Of a stretch of 64,000 nucleotides of DNA, positions 18,708 to 27,684 are shown one piece after another. The stretch comes from a virus. The first letter of the stretch is position 1; the number at the start of each line of letters is the position of its first letter. Location: positions 55,471 to 119,470 of IMG/VR virus record IMGVR_UViG_3300005253_000004, one strand, 5' to 3'. Below the pieces are notes generated by a model. The model did not search any database and had not been told where the DNA came from. It saw nothing but the letters and a program-made list of their open reading frames with translations. A program made the translations under genes and the position numbers.

Positions 18708-19058
18708 TTACTTGATTTCGGGCAGGTTGTCAAGTCCACCTCCCTTGGTGTCGTACTGTAGGCTATAGAGTGTAACCCCAAAGAGGTTCGTCTCCTCTTT
18801 GAGTACACCCTTAGCTATGTACTCGTCCTTGATGATGGTGAACTCCTTGCTGGTGCAACCGCAATGCTTTCGTATGTCCTCCTCGTCAAGAGCAGCACCT
18901 CCACCCTTGACAACCACCGCCTCCAAGAACATGTACCTGTTGAACACACCGTGTGTGATAGCCGGAGGCATCGCCTTCATCAGCCCTTCGATTGCCTCAG
19001 TCACCACCGGGTTGAGGGTAGGTCCTTGGCACGCCTCTGCTTCTGCTCGTTCACTCAT
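18708..19058 (-). CDS. hypothetical protein, possible winged helix
   Basis: EDIRKHCGCT...YIAKGVLKE...YSL pattern. Confidence 0.55.
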   Translation of the reverse strand: MSERAEAEACQGPTLNPVVTEAIEGLMKAMPPAITHGVFNRYMFLEAVVVKGGGAALDEEDIRKHCGCTSKEFTIIKDEYIAKGVLKEETNLFGVTLYSLQYDTKGGGLDNLPEIK

Positions 19059-19333
19059 CCCGACACCTCAAGGCAGTACTGGTACAAGGGGCGCTGCCGT
19101 TGGTTGGTATGCATCCTACCCGTGCCGACCTTGCGTGCCTTACGGTCACGGGACTCAGCCCTTGCGTTCTCTTTTTCCAAGAGATTAGAAACAAGCGCAT
19201 GACCTATCGGGATCTCGGTTGCCGGATCCTCCTCTCCGTAGTGGTCGATGTACCTGTGTGTGGGCATCTGATGTATCTTCTTGCACACCCGACACCGCCT
19301 TGTAACATAGACACGGAACTTAACTTTCGTCAT
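19055..19333 (-). CDS. hypothetical protein with CxxC
   Basis: CRVC, SD upstream. Confidence 0.55.
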   Translation of the reverse strand: MTKVKFRVYVTRRCRVCKKIHQMPTHRYIDHYGEEDPATEIPIGHALVSNLLEKENARAESRDRKARKVGTGRMHTNQRQRPLYQYCLEVSG

Positions 19334-19360
19334 GTCGTTCTCCCTTTCTGTGGTTGTACC

Positions 19361-19525
19361 TTACACCTTCTTAGGATAGAAGTGATCTCGTAGATCAAAC
19401 TTATCATCCTCATCGCAATGCTTCTGCCAATGGAAATCACACACACTAACACACCGAGTGCGCTTTTTGAAGGCAGCGTACTCTAAGTAGAAGAATCGTC
19501 TACACCTCTTAACATCACAGTTCAT
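19361..19525 (-). CDS. small Cys-rich protein
   Basis: MNCDVKRC...CDFHW, coupled to upstream gene. Confidence 0.5.
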   Translation of the reverse strand: MNCDVKRCRRFFYLEYAAFKKRTRCVSVCDFHWQKHCDEDDKFDLRDHFYPKKV

Positions 19526-19752
19526 TGTCCCTTCTCTCTGTTCTTCTTGATTAGTTTGTTGGCGTAGTCTTGAAACCACTCAGCCCATTCTTCATCCTCG
19601 ACCCAAGTATGGTCCTCTTCACGTTGGGCAACGTGGAGGCAGAACATATTGAATACTGAGTCCACTTCAGGCTCAGACTCAAGGCAAAACTCCAACAAAT
19701 CCAACACCTTACGCCGGTGCTTGTCCATCAAGGGCTTGCGTGTGATACTCAT
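19522..19752 (-). CDS. hypothetical protein
   Basis: 76-aa ORF in operon. Confidence 0.55.
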   Translation of the reverse strand: MSITRKPLMDKHRRKVLDLLEFCLESEPEVDSVFNMFCLHVAQREEDHTWVEDEEWAEWFQDYANKLIKKNREKGQ

Positions 19753-19843
19753 AGCACTGTACTACACAGCGCACCTGCTATAGCGATGAACGCCAACTCC
19801 CCGAGGAGTATGATCCAACCACTCGCTCGCTGTAGTCTACTCA

Positions 19844-20068
19844 TCACACATCCCCTCTGAATGATGCTGACTTTTCCCACTCAACAGCCACCTCAACGAT
19901 GGACCCTGCATCAATACCACCAGCAAGACGCTGCGCTTCCTTGCAATGCCCATGCCCGCTGAAGATGAGCTTCTTTAGTTGCTGTTCATTGGTACGCTTG
20001 CCCCGCTCAGCTTGTCGTGCCTCTGCTGCTGTGCGTCGTGCCTCCTTAGCAACTCTACCTTTTCTCAT
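19844..20068 (-). CDS. hypothetical basic protein
   Basis: 74-aa ORF in operon. Confidence 0.55.
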   Translation of the reverse strand: MRKGRVAKEARRTAAEARQAERGKRTNEQQLKKLIFSGHGHCKEAQRLAGGIDAGSIVEVAVEWEKSASFRGDV

Positions 20069-20267
20069 CGTCCTCGTCCTTTCTTGTCTCTACGCTGTGA
20101 AGTATCTCTTTCTGTAGGCTATCGGGCTGTGTCACCTTGCGTACCCGGCGTAGCCCTGCCTCATCGGGGCGTCCGATCTTGCGTGCTATCTGCTCGTCAG
20201 TCATCCCTTTCAGTGCCATCTTCTTGATCCGCTCGTCGGTTTGATTGAACATCTTTCTCCTCCGCAA
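20055..20267 (-). CDS. small HTH protein
   Basis: LKGMTDEQIARKIGR HTH pattern. Confidence 0.55.
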   Translation of the reverse strand: MRRRKMFNQTDERIKKMALKGMTDEQIARKIGRPDEAGLRRVRKVTQPDSLQKEILHSVETRKDEDDEKR

Positions 20268-20571
20268 CCCGCATCGCCTGTGTCAGCTCAAGTTCGACCT
20301 CTTTCATGGTAGCATGGAAAGCTTCGGTTGCTTCCTTGATCCTCTGCTCTTGGTCATTGGTGAGCTTCACGCTGACTTTATTGGTGCTTTTGTTTTTGAG
20401 GGCTTTGCGTGCCTTGTACACCCACCACATAACACACGCAGCCATTGCGATAGCCCAGCCTGTGCTTGGGTCCTCGTCGCTCAACTGCAAGACCATAGCC
20501 AGTAGGCACCACACCGCTGCGAACAGCGCACCTTGGAATGTTTCGAACCATGTAAAAAACCTGTGAAACAT
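20197..20571 (-). CDS. membrane protein (2 TM)
   Basis: two hydrophobic helices followed by coiled coil. Confidence 0.6.
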   Translation of the reverse strand: MFHRFFTWFETFQGALFAAVWCLLAMVLQLSDEDPSTGWAIAMAACVMWWVYKARKALKNKSTNKVSVKLTNDQEQRIKEATEAFHATMKEVELELTQAMRVAEEKDVQSNRRADQEDGTERDD

Positions 20572-20849
20572 TACGTCACTCCTCTTTGTCTGTCAAAGCA
20601 AGCACGTCTGTCACGTACCTAAGGCACGATGGGTGGTGATCGTTGATACAACCAACATCATCGCATCCGTTTACTCTGCTCTTGAAGCACGCTATTACAC
20701 CCAAGAGACAGGTTCGTATCGCTTTGTACTTCTCTTTGTCTGTCATATACTTATGCCGCCTGTGATTCGGGTGAACATTGATGTGATCTGCTCTGCGTAA
20801 TGGACATGAGCAAGCCACCCTAGTACTACTCCGACGATCAGTCTTAGCA

Positions 20850-21260
20850 TTACTTATCTCCTTCCTCTTTGAATGTGAACGAGTAGCTCTTGCCATCGAC
20901 AATGCACAGTGCTTCCTTTTCCTTCTTCTTCTGCTCCTTTAGGTGCTTGGCGAGGCTCTTGTCGTATGCCTTCTTGTTCTTGCTGGTCCACTCAACGAGG
21001 TAGTCCACCACATCGAGTGCCGAGTGGCAGCACGCATTACAGACATGGTGTCTTTCCAGATTCCACTGGTTGTTTGGGTGCGTCCACGAGCAGTACCTAG
21101 TGGGTCCGACCTCCCACTGAGCCATGAAGTATGTCTCGTCACGCAACCAATCTTGGCACCGCTCACACTGGACCCAGTATTTCTCTTTCTCCTTCCACTC
21201 CGACTGGTTGATCTCTTTGATCTCGGCCGCTTGGTGATGCCGTGTGTCTAGTCTCATCAC
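20850..21260 (-). CDS. hypothetical Zn-binding protein
   Basis: CERC...HVCNAC. Confidence 0.6.
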   Translation of the reverse strand: MMRLDTRHHQAAEIKEINQSEWKEKEKYWVQCERCQDWLRDETYFMAQWEVGPTRYCSWTHPNNQWNLERHHVCNACCHSALDVVDYLVEWTSKNKKAYDKSLAKHLKEQKKKEKEALCIVDGKSYSFTFKEEGDK

Positions 21261-21403
21261 TTCTCCTCATTGGACAACGAGCCATCGCTCTTGCTCATGT
21301 AACAGTCACCGATGGCCTTCATCGGTGCGTAACACCACGCGCATGGTTGGTTGTTCTTCACGCATTGTGCCTCATGGTGGCATTCAGTGCAATGTATTGT
21401 CAT
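21257..21403 (-). CDS. small Zn-ribbon protein
   Basis: CTECHHE...CAWCYAPM after GGAGG. Confidence 0.6.
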   Translation of the reverse strand: MTIHCTECHHEAQCVKNNQPCAWCYAPMKAIGDCYMSKSDGSLSNEEK

Positions 21404-21482
21404 ACTACCTCCGTGCTGTGACGGTAAAGAACAACCAAGATACCAAAACAATTCCTACAAAATGATACCACTCCATAGCGTA

Positions 21483-21561
21483 CTCCAGTGACTATGATGC
21501 TTCATGCAGCATAGACCAATGGCTACAAGGCCCGGAGACCCCGTGCCATTGAGCTATGCTA
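21483..21561 (-). promoter_or_regulatory. repeated intergenic RNA hairpin element, copy 1
   Basis: GCAUAGCUCAAUGGC/GCCAUUGGUCUAUGC stem followed by CAUGAAGCAUCAUAG..GGAG. Confidence 0.75.
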
Positions 21562-21948
21562 CTAGCTGGCCTTGAAAGTACCGGCCTTGTTCTTCGTGCC
21601 CATCACCACAAAGCTCGGAACGTGCTCAGACTGGATACTCCAAGCACCTTCGCTCTTTGAGAAACGAGCCTTGCCTCGGCCAGATGCACCGAAGCGGATC
21701 TTCTTGATCTCTTTCAGCACGGCCTCGGCCTCCGGGTTACCCCGAGGTGAACCGAGCGGCATGTCATTGGAGTCCACGAACTCCATGAATACGTACTCCG
21801 TGCCGTACTCGTCGCTGTTCTTGTCGTTCCGGTACCCGATGACTCGTCCGAAACTCCCTTTGGACTTCGGGCTTTCGCTCTTCTTGATGAAGGCTTCGAG
21901 GCGAGCGAGTTCCGCTTTCTGCTGCTTGAGTGTCATCTTCTTGGGCAT
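21562..21948 (-). CDS. hypothetical protein, GKAR(W/F)...WS family (paralog of 27835 and 28412)
   Basis: IRFGASGRGKARFSKSEGAWSI. Confidence 0.75.
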   Translation of the reverse strand: MPKKMTLKQQKAELARLEAFIKKSESPKSKGSFGRVIGYRNDKNSDEYGTEYVFMEFVDSNDMPLGSPRGNPEAEAVLKEIKKIRFGASGRGKARFSKSEGAWSIQSEHVPSFVVMGTKNKAGTFKAS

Positions 21949-21959
21949 TTGGATCTCCT

Positions 21960-22073
21960 ATTGAGGGCCTCTAGTGTGGCACTATGCCTCACTAGCTAAC
22001 CCTCAGCGTGCTGGTCCCATTGACCAACACATCCATTGAGGCACACCACCTCAATGAATCTGCCGGTCGATCT
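21960..22073 (-). promoter_or_regulatory. structured 5' leader (three consecutive hairpins)
   Basis: CAUUGAGG/CCUCAAUG; GUGUUGGUC/GACCAGCAC; UGAGGG..CUAGUG/CACUAG..CCCUCA, then AGGAG. Confidence 0.55.
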
Positions 22074-22079
22074 GCCTAC

Positions 22080-22108
22080 ATTTTGACATAACTTGAGCAG
22101 GTTGTCAA
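22080..22108 (-). promoter_or_regulatory. host-type sigma70 promoter
   Basis: TTGACA-17-CAAAAT with TG extension. Confidence 0.6.
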
Positions 22109-22249
22109 CTCACCTCCTTAGCATTACAGTCAGTGCAAGTGTGCTTCCTCCCTGTCCAATGATAGTAGCAGCCAACGGAACAGATAAAATCATACCTTCT
22201 GACCGGATAGAATACCCACGGATACTGAAGGACCTTCATAAACGACACC

Positions 22250-22480
22250 TCAGCCAGTATCATACGCACCCTTCCTTCGTACCACGTTGTGCATCGTCAC
22301 ACCAGACACCTTGTAATGGGTGGCTAGGGCCTTGAGTGTAGTACCCTCGACGAAGAACTCCTTGCGGCACCGAGCCACCTGTGAGGGTGTCAGCTTCTTT
22401 CCCTTGTCTTTGGAACTCATGTTCTTGTTCAGACCAAGCAAGTGCATGGCTTCTCCTATTTCGATGGGCTTGTGTCTCAT
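22250..22480 (-). CDS. small HTH DNA-binding protein
   Basis: KLTPSQV...GTTLKALATHYKVSGVTMHNVV. Confidence 0.65.
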   Translation of the reverse strand: MRHKPIEIGEAMHLLGLNKNMSSKDKGKKLTPSQVARCRKEFFVEGTTLKALATHYKVSGVTMHNVVRRKGAYDTG

Positions 22481-22490
22481 TTCAGCTCCT

Positions 22491-22805
22491 TCAGTCGTCG
22501 TTCATGTTACGGCCACAGAATATACGCAGCCACCAAGGCTTGCGAAGCTTCTTGAACACCGCTCTACCACAAGCGCAGTGCCAATCTACCCAGTGCCAAT
22601 CTACCCACCACCCAGGCCACCGCTCTCTCAAGGATCTGACTATTCTCTCCGCCGGTTCAGCAGTTAGATAATCATAGAACAGTACCTCTCCAGCCATGTA
22701 AACGGAGTTCTTACAAGGTTTGTACTTTTGTGCCTTGTCATAATCATGCGCTGCACACAAGCACTCGACGTTGCAGCTTACATCCTCCGATAGATTGTGT
22801 CTCAT
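22491..22805 (-). CDS. hypothetical Cys/Trp-rich protein
   Basis: start MRHNL after AAGGAG. Confidence 0.55.
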   Translation of the reverse strand: MRHNLSEDVSCNVECLCAAHDYDKAQKYKPCKNSVYMAGEVLFYDYLTAEPAERIVRSLRERWPGWWVDWHWVDWHCACGRAVFKKLRKPWWLRIFCGRNMNDD

Positions 22806-23127
22806 TTCAGCTCCTTTCTTACAGTACACTGAGTAGCAAGCAGGCTAGCACACCTAGTAATGCGGCGCGTAGCCGTAGTATTGTATCTCGGTTCTTGAAT
22901 CTTTCTCCTATGACCTCAAGCAACTGTTCATCGCTCATTTTAGCTCCTTTTACACACTCTGGAGAAGCATAGCTTAGCAGACGAGGACAGTCCTCGTTGC
23001 GTAGAGTCAGTGCAGACCTTGCCTCTCTCATAGGTGATGATGTTGCCTAATCTTTGGTTCTCTTCGATGTCGAGGCAGCAGCCTGAAATCCAAGGCAGCA
23101 GCAGCAGTACAACGATCAGGTATCTCA

Positions 23128-23424
23128 CTATGTCTCCTCGTTCTCGCAACGGTTGCCATACCAAACCAACTCTTGCATTCCTATTACTTGGTCGGGTGCT
23201 GACTCTCCGCACACCTGACAAGACCAGCCCTCCTTGAAATCGTAGTTGCAGTAGGCATACACAGAGTCTACTGAGTTGGCTTCGGTACATCTTGCATCAT
23301 TAATGTGCTTGTGTCTAGCACCAGCATTCCATTGGCGTCCCATGTGCCGATACCTATGGATCACCCAGTTATCTTCCAAATCTAGGTAGGTATCCTCTAT
23401 AAAGCTTTTGAAGTGCCTGCTCAC
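23128..23424 (-). CDS. small Zn-finger paralog family member (HxH variant)
   Basis: DNWVI...RHKH...CQVCGESAPDQVIGMQELVW. Confidence 0.75.
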   Translation of the reverse strand: MSRHFKSFIEDTYLDLEDNWVIHRYRHMGRQWNAGARHKHINDARCTEANSVDSVYAYCNYDFKEGWSCQVCGESAPDQVIGMQELVWYGNRCENEET

Positions 23425-23592
23425 TGTATCTCCAAATCATTCCAATGAAAGTTCGGATGACATGCCAAGATACCAGCACGGTACGCCAACACTATGGCAT
23501 CATCCATGTCACACTCCAAAGCAGCTAGATTCTGTTTTGCTACCTCTGCCTTGAGTTGTTTGATCTTTGCTGCCAGTGTGTCGTTGTCCATG

Positions 23593-23841
23593 TTACTTCT
23601 CCCATGCACACAGGTTGATGAGCCCTTTGAAATGCTCGGGTATCTCAGCCATGCATACACTACATTGGACTTCACGCTTCAAAGCAGCCCCGTAGCACAG
23701 CGTGTCACAGTGGTGTAGATAATACCATGCTTCGTTGGATGGTGGATACTTTGTATCTCGGGTATACTTTATTATACCCCAACCATCAACCAATGGTGTC
23801 TTAGTAAAAACTAAGCCGGTTACGACAAGACCATGAGTCAT
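23593..23841 (-). CDS. small Zn-finger paralog family member
   Basis: DGWGI...LHHC...CSVCMAEIPEHFKGLINLCAW. Confidence 0.8.
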   Translation of the reverse strand: MTHGLVVTGLVFTKTPLVDGWGIIKYTRDTKYPPSNEAWYYLHHCDTLCYGAALKREVQCSVCMAEIPEHFKGLINLCAWEK

Positions 23842-24015
23842 TCAGTCACCTCGATCTTAGCTACACGGTGCCAGAACACAGCACCGTACCTTTGCTTAGC
23901 CCCTTCGGCTAGCCACACATGGGCTTGGCCCTCGTTCTTGAACCCCGACTCGATGATGACCTGAGTACAAGTCACCTCGCCGGTAACATCCTTGTCCTCC
24001 AGAGTGAAGATTACT

Positions 24016-24288
24016 TTAGCCATCACTGACCCCTTTGGCACCTGCCATGAGCAGCACCATCAAGCCTTGTATCTCATCAGGCACGGGCTCTTCGCAGTAG
24101 TAACAAACACACGGATCGTCGGAGGTGAACCATGCGTAGCTTCCAGGTCGAACAGTTGTGTTTTTGGATAGCTTACGTACCTTACTGTAAACTTTGAGGT
24201 CACACTTATGGTTTGCATAGTACTCAAACAGGTGCTCTTCTTCGTTATTTATGATGTTCCAATTACCTAGAGTAAACAAGGCCATCAC
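24016..24288 (-). CDS. small Zn-finger paralog family member
   Basis: LGNWNI...NHKC...CYYCEEPVPDEIQGLMVLL. Confidence 0.8.
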   Translation of the reverse strand: MMALFTLGNWNIINNEEEHLFEYYANHKCDLKVYSKVRKLSKNTTVRPGSYAWFTSDDPCVCYYCEEPVPDEIQGLMVLLMAGAKGVSDG

Positions 24289-24531
24289 CTGTCTCCTACC
24301 CCCTGTTGAGGTACTCGGCCATAGCTAAGGCACCTACCTCATCGTCCCATTTGTCATACACCACCAAGCCACCCGTTGTATCATCTTGAAGCACAACAAG
24401 GTACTTGTTGGCTCCCGTTGCCACCTTGACCGTCAACACGTAGTACTCCATGTTACCTCCTTTGTTGACCTGTATTCTACGAAATTGGCCCGTCTAGTAC
24501 GAATACAGTGGCCTGTCGTACAGGCATGTCA

Positions 24532-24882
24532 TCAAACTTCTCCATGCTGTTCAATCACAGTGTTGATAACCAACAAGTCACCCTCAGCACGGAGCTTGCT
24601 ACCCTCAGCATAGAGCTTTTCACCCTCAGCACGGAGCTTGCTACCCTCAGCATGGAGGTTTTCACCCTCAGCATAGAGCTTGCTCCCCTCAGCATGGAGG
24701 TTTTCACCCTCAGCATAGAGCTTGCTCCCCTCAGCATGGAGGTTTTCACCCTCAGCATAGAGCTTGCTCCCCTCAGCACGGAGCTTGCTACCCTCAGCAT
24801 AGAGCTTGCTCCCCTCAGCATAGAGCTTGCTCCCCTCAGCACGGAGGTTTTCACGTCGTTTCTTTGCTTCTTTGATTGTCAT
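24532..24882 (-). CDS. heptad-repeat (AEGxKLx) protein
   Basis: 12 full AEG(S/E)(K/N)L(Y/R/H) units; AGGAG SD. Confidence 0.75.
   Translation of the reverse strand: MTIKEAKKRRENLRAEGSKLYAEGSKLYAEGSKLRAEGSKLYAEGENLHAEGSKLYAEGENLHAEGSKLYAEGENLHAEGSKLRAEGEKLYAEGSKLRAEGDLLVINTVIEQHGEV
24579..24852. repeat. 21-bp tandem repeat, about 13 units
   Basis: CCCTCAGCA(T/C)(A/G)GAG... recurs every 21 bp. Confidence 0.95.
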
Positions 24883-25316
24883 GTTATCTCCTATGTTGTA
24901 CTACAGCAGCTCGCAAGGGAACACCCCTTACGGCAGAGTGCTACGGTACTCTGAGATGTCGAACGACATCGCAAGGTAGAAAAACCCAGCGACCACAGCT
25001 ATGAACACCGCCATCGCAACCCTCACTACCACCTACCTCTGACCAGCCCTCGGGACAGGCTGTAGTTCGGATGCACCAGTGTCGGGCTCTTGTCGTTCTC
25101 CAAGTACAACCAGATACCCTTGCTACCCTTGGGACCTCTGGTTGCCAGTCTCAGGGCCTTCTTGAACCACATCGCTTCGATTTGTTTCATGTTACCTCCG
25201 TCTTATCCATGAGTCTCTTCAGACTCTTGAGTTTGCGTATTGCTACCTCTATGCAAGCCCACAGTATAGCAGCAGCACCAACAAATACACCAAGACTAAA
25301 ACAAAACCAGTCCATG

Positions 25317-25598
25317 TCAGCTCTGTACTACATGCTTACAATGGCAGCAACCCTCGGCCTTCACCTCGGATGCCGCTGGGTCGCGCAGGAACTTAGCCCT
25401 GGGGCGTTCTATCACGGTGACGTAGTAGGACATTGATCCTTTGCTTCCAATACCAGGATCACCAGGATCACCAGAGTCCTCACGTTCCCTCATGTTCTTG
25501 ACCATGCGGTTCCGGCACTTGTCGGCCGCTTGGTAGTTATCGAACGGTCCGAGTATGTTGACTCCGGTCCACGTTTGACTTACAATTACATGCTTCAT
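25317..25598 (-). CDS. hypothetical protein
   Basis: follows hairpin element and AGGAG. Confidence 0.6.
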   Translation of the reverse strand: MKHVIVSQTWTGVNILGPFDNYQAADKCRNRMVKNMREREDSGDPGDPGIGSKGSMSYYVTVIERPRAKFLRDPAASEVKAEGCCHCKHVVQS

Positions 25599-25604
25599 TG
25601 TGTA

Positions 25605-25668
25605 CTCCTGTGGCTATGATGCCTCATGCACCATAGACCAATGGCCGAAGCCATTGAGCTAGGGTGCA
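25605..25668 (-). promoter_or_regulatory. repeated intergenic RNA hairpin element, copy 2 (cUUCGg loop)
   Basis: UAGCUCAAUGGC-UUCG-GCCAUUGGUCUAUG then GUGCAUGAGGCAUCAUAGCCACAGGAG. Confidence 0.8.
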
Positions 25669-25670
25669 AC

Positions 25671-25928
25671 TCAGCTCCTATATATTGAGTCCAACGTCAC
25701 GTTCACCACCATTTCAATTTTCTCTGCCTTCTCAGGTGTTACCCCCAAGAGCCCTTCAAACTCCGTGAAACCATAGCCTATGCCTGTCCTGAACGATACC
25801 TCTTCATTGAACACGATGCCCAACGCAGACCCGTCGCTCTTCAGCGTCATCATAGCCATATCCAGACCGTCAAGCCACCAGCCATCTGGTAGGCTAGGCT
25901 TACAGGTACGACGTACTCCTTGCTTCAT
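25671..25928 (-). CDS. hypothetical protein
   Basis: 85 aa, AAGGAGG SD. Confidence 0.6.
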   Translation of the reverse strand: MKQGVRRTCKPSLPDGWWLDGLDMAMMTLKSDGSALGIVFNEEVSFRTGIGYGFTEFEGLLGVTPEKAEKIEMVVNVTLDSIYRS

Positions 25929-26001
25929 TGGAGCCTCCTTGCTAGTCTCCTGTCAAAGGAAAGGTAGAAAACTGACCGTAAAAGCCCACTATGAGCCCAA
26001 G

Positions 26002-26208
26002 TCAGCTACCTTCCCTGATGATACGCTTGTTCTCAGCGTCCCACTTGGCAACAGCCGTCTCAGCCTCGTCGAGCGCGTGCTTCACCAATGTGTGTAGCTC
26101 TGTGGGTAGTAGAGTCCAAGGATCCTCAGATACCACCCATTCAGGGTCACAGAACAGCTTTGACTCAGCCTTCATCACTACCAGCTTAAACCTCTGCTTG
26201 GCGGGCAT
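26002..26208 (-). CDS. hypothetical protein
   Basis: 68 aa, AGGAGG SD. Confidence 0.6.
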   Translation of the reverse strand: MPAKQRFKLVVMKAESKLFCDPEWVVSEDPWTLLPTELHTLVKHALDEAETAVAKWDAENKRIIREGS

Positions 26209-26659
26209 GGTACCTCCTCAGGTCCTCATAGAGCCTCACCAAACGTGCCTTCGACGCTATCAGCGCCGCGATCTCAACCTTCAAGGCTTTGATATCCTTA
26301 TCCAACATGGTACCTCCTATGCTTCGTCCACGCCCAGATCTCGGTTATGCCACCCACAACCACAATCAGTGCTAGTACCATCAATCAATCAATCCTCCTG
26401 TCAAAGAAAACGTAACAAACTAACCGTAACAACCCCTACTAGACCCACCCCCTCAATACCCTAAGCTGGGACAAGCACACTTCTCTGTTCCTATAGGCCA
26501 GAGCTAACTGCTGCTCTCTCACCCCAGCGATGCACAGTCGAACGTCCTGCCAGTAATCAATGCCTCTGCTGAACCACTTTACACCCATCAGAAGCTCTCG
26601 GATCAGGCTGTCGTGCATCATGGTGCCTCCTTATCACCTCCCTGAGTCATTGAGCTATG

Positions 26660-27043
26660 TTATAGGAGACCCTTCAACTGTTCCATCAGGAACAATCTCG
26701 GAGCGAGGATGATCTTTGCCACGGTGAACAGACAGACAAGGAACCCAGCAAGCGTAGCCCCACCACCGAAGAGCCCCAGCATGAAGGCAAAGCACGGATC
26801 TTCGCCGTTCTTTGATGTATCGAGGATGCGCCACAGCTTCACAGTTGCGTACATCACACCACCAAACGCCAAGCCCCAGAACACACTCCAGACTCCGTTG
26901 TAGAACAAACTGTAGGTCAGGATCTCTTGGACCAGCAGCGGAGCCTGCTCCACTACGAAGCTCTCCGTTGATTCCACATACTCCATGACCTTGGCGATGG
27001 CCTCGCCGCCTTGTACCAGCAGTTTCTCAGTGACCTCGTTCAT
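26660..27043 (-). CDS. membrane protein (2 TM)
   Basis: EQAPLLVQEIL, two hydrophobic helices, APRLFL. Confidence 0.7.
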   Translation of the reverse strand: MNEVTEKLLVQGGEAIAKVMEYVESTESFVVEQAPLLVQEILTYSLFYNGVWSVFWGLAFGGVMYATVKLWRILDTSKNGEDPCFAFMLGLFGGGATLAGFLVCLFTVAKIILAPRLFLMEQLKGLL

Positions 27044-27112
27044 TTTGTACTCCTATGGCAAAGAAAACCAAAATTACATTAAAAACCCCTAGTACCCACT
27101 AAGAGCCCAATG

Positions 27113-27322
27113 CTACTTCTCGACGAAGATCTGGCCCCGACTGTCAACCAGAAGCCCCGTCACTGTCTCATTGACCCCTGCGACAAGGCGTACTACGTTG
27201 CTGTTGTTCGTGAATGCCAGCACAAGGTACCCATTGACAATCACATTCACACCTAGAGCCGTGTTCTCCAGCTCCACCTTACCCAGAGGCTCTGCTACCT
27301 CTTCCTTCGTTACGAATCTCAT
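27113..27322 (-). CDS. hypothetical protein
   Basis: 69 aa after hairpin element and AGGAG. Confidence 0.6.
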   Translation of the reverse strand: MRFVTKEEVAEPLGKVELENTALGVNVIVNGYLVLAFTNNSNVVRLVAGVNETVTGLLVDSRGQIFVEK

Positions 27323-27328
27323 AATACT

Positions 27329-27464
27329 CTCCTGTGGCTATGATACCTCATGCATCATAGACCAAGAACACAGAGCCAAAGCAAGCATACTCGGAGTCAC
27401 TCAAGCAACAACGCTCCACTTGAGGCTAGCCTTTCGCCCTTCGACCCTGCGCCCTTGGTCTATG
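27329..27464 (-). promoter_or_regulatory. repeated intergenic RNA hairpin element, copy 3 (26-bp stem with G-U pairs)
   Basis: CAUAGACCAAGGGCGCAGGGUCGAAG pairs fully with CUUUGGCUCUGUGUUCUUGGUCUAUG when G-U is allowed. Confidence 0.8.
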
Positions 27465-27684
27465 CTGCTCAGATCAATTGTCGAGCTTCTCCTCTGTGCC
27501 GTGCTCCATGTATAGCTTATACGCTTGGTTATGGACCAAATGGAACGCCCATAAGCCAGCCAAAGGCCCAGGTAACACCGCTGATAACGACTACATTGAT
27601 GAAAGACACCGGATTTCCGAACTCGTACATGTTCAATCTCCTATGGCAAAGGAAAAGCAGAAAACTGACCGTAAATACCCCTAC

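Larger units (their letters stand above)
25947..27683 (-). repeat. dispersed U-rich pre-SD element, 4 copies (25947-25990, 26395-26441, 27050-27090, 27638-27683)
   Basis: consensus GGG..TTACGGTYAGTTT..TTYCTTTG(AC/CCAT)AGGAG; the 27050 copy is divergent. Confidence 0.7.

Noticed and set aside
21960-22073. tRNA gene in structured intergenic regions (also 34392-34480, 36420-36524)
   Set aside because: No T-loop GTTCRA, D-loop or acceptor stem
24579-24852. CRISPR-like repeat array
   Set aside because: Units are contiguous 21-mers with no unique spacers and encode an in-frame heptad repeat; no cas genes
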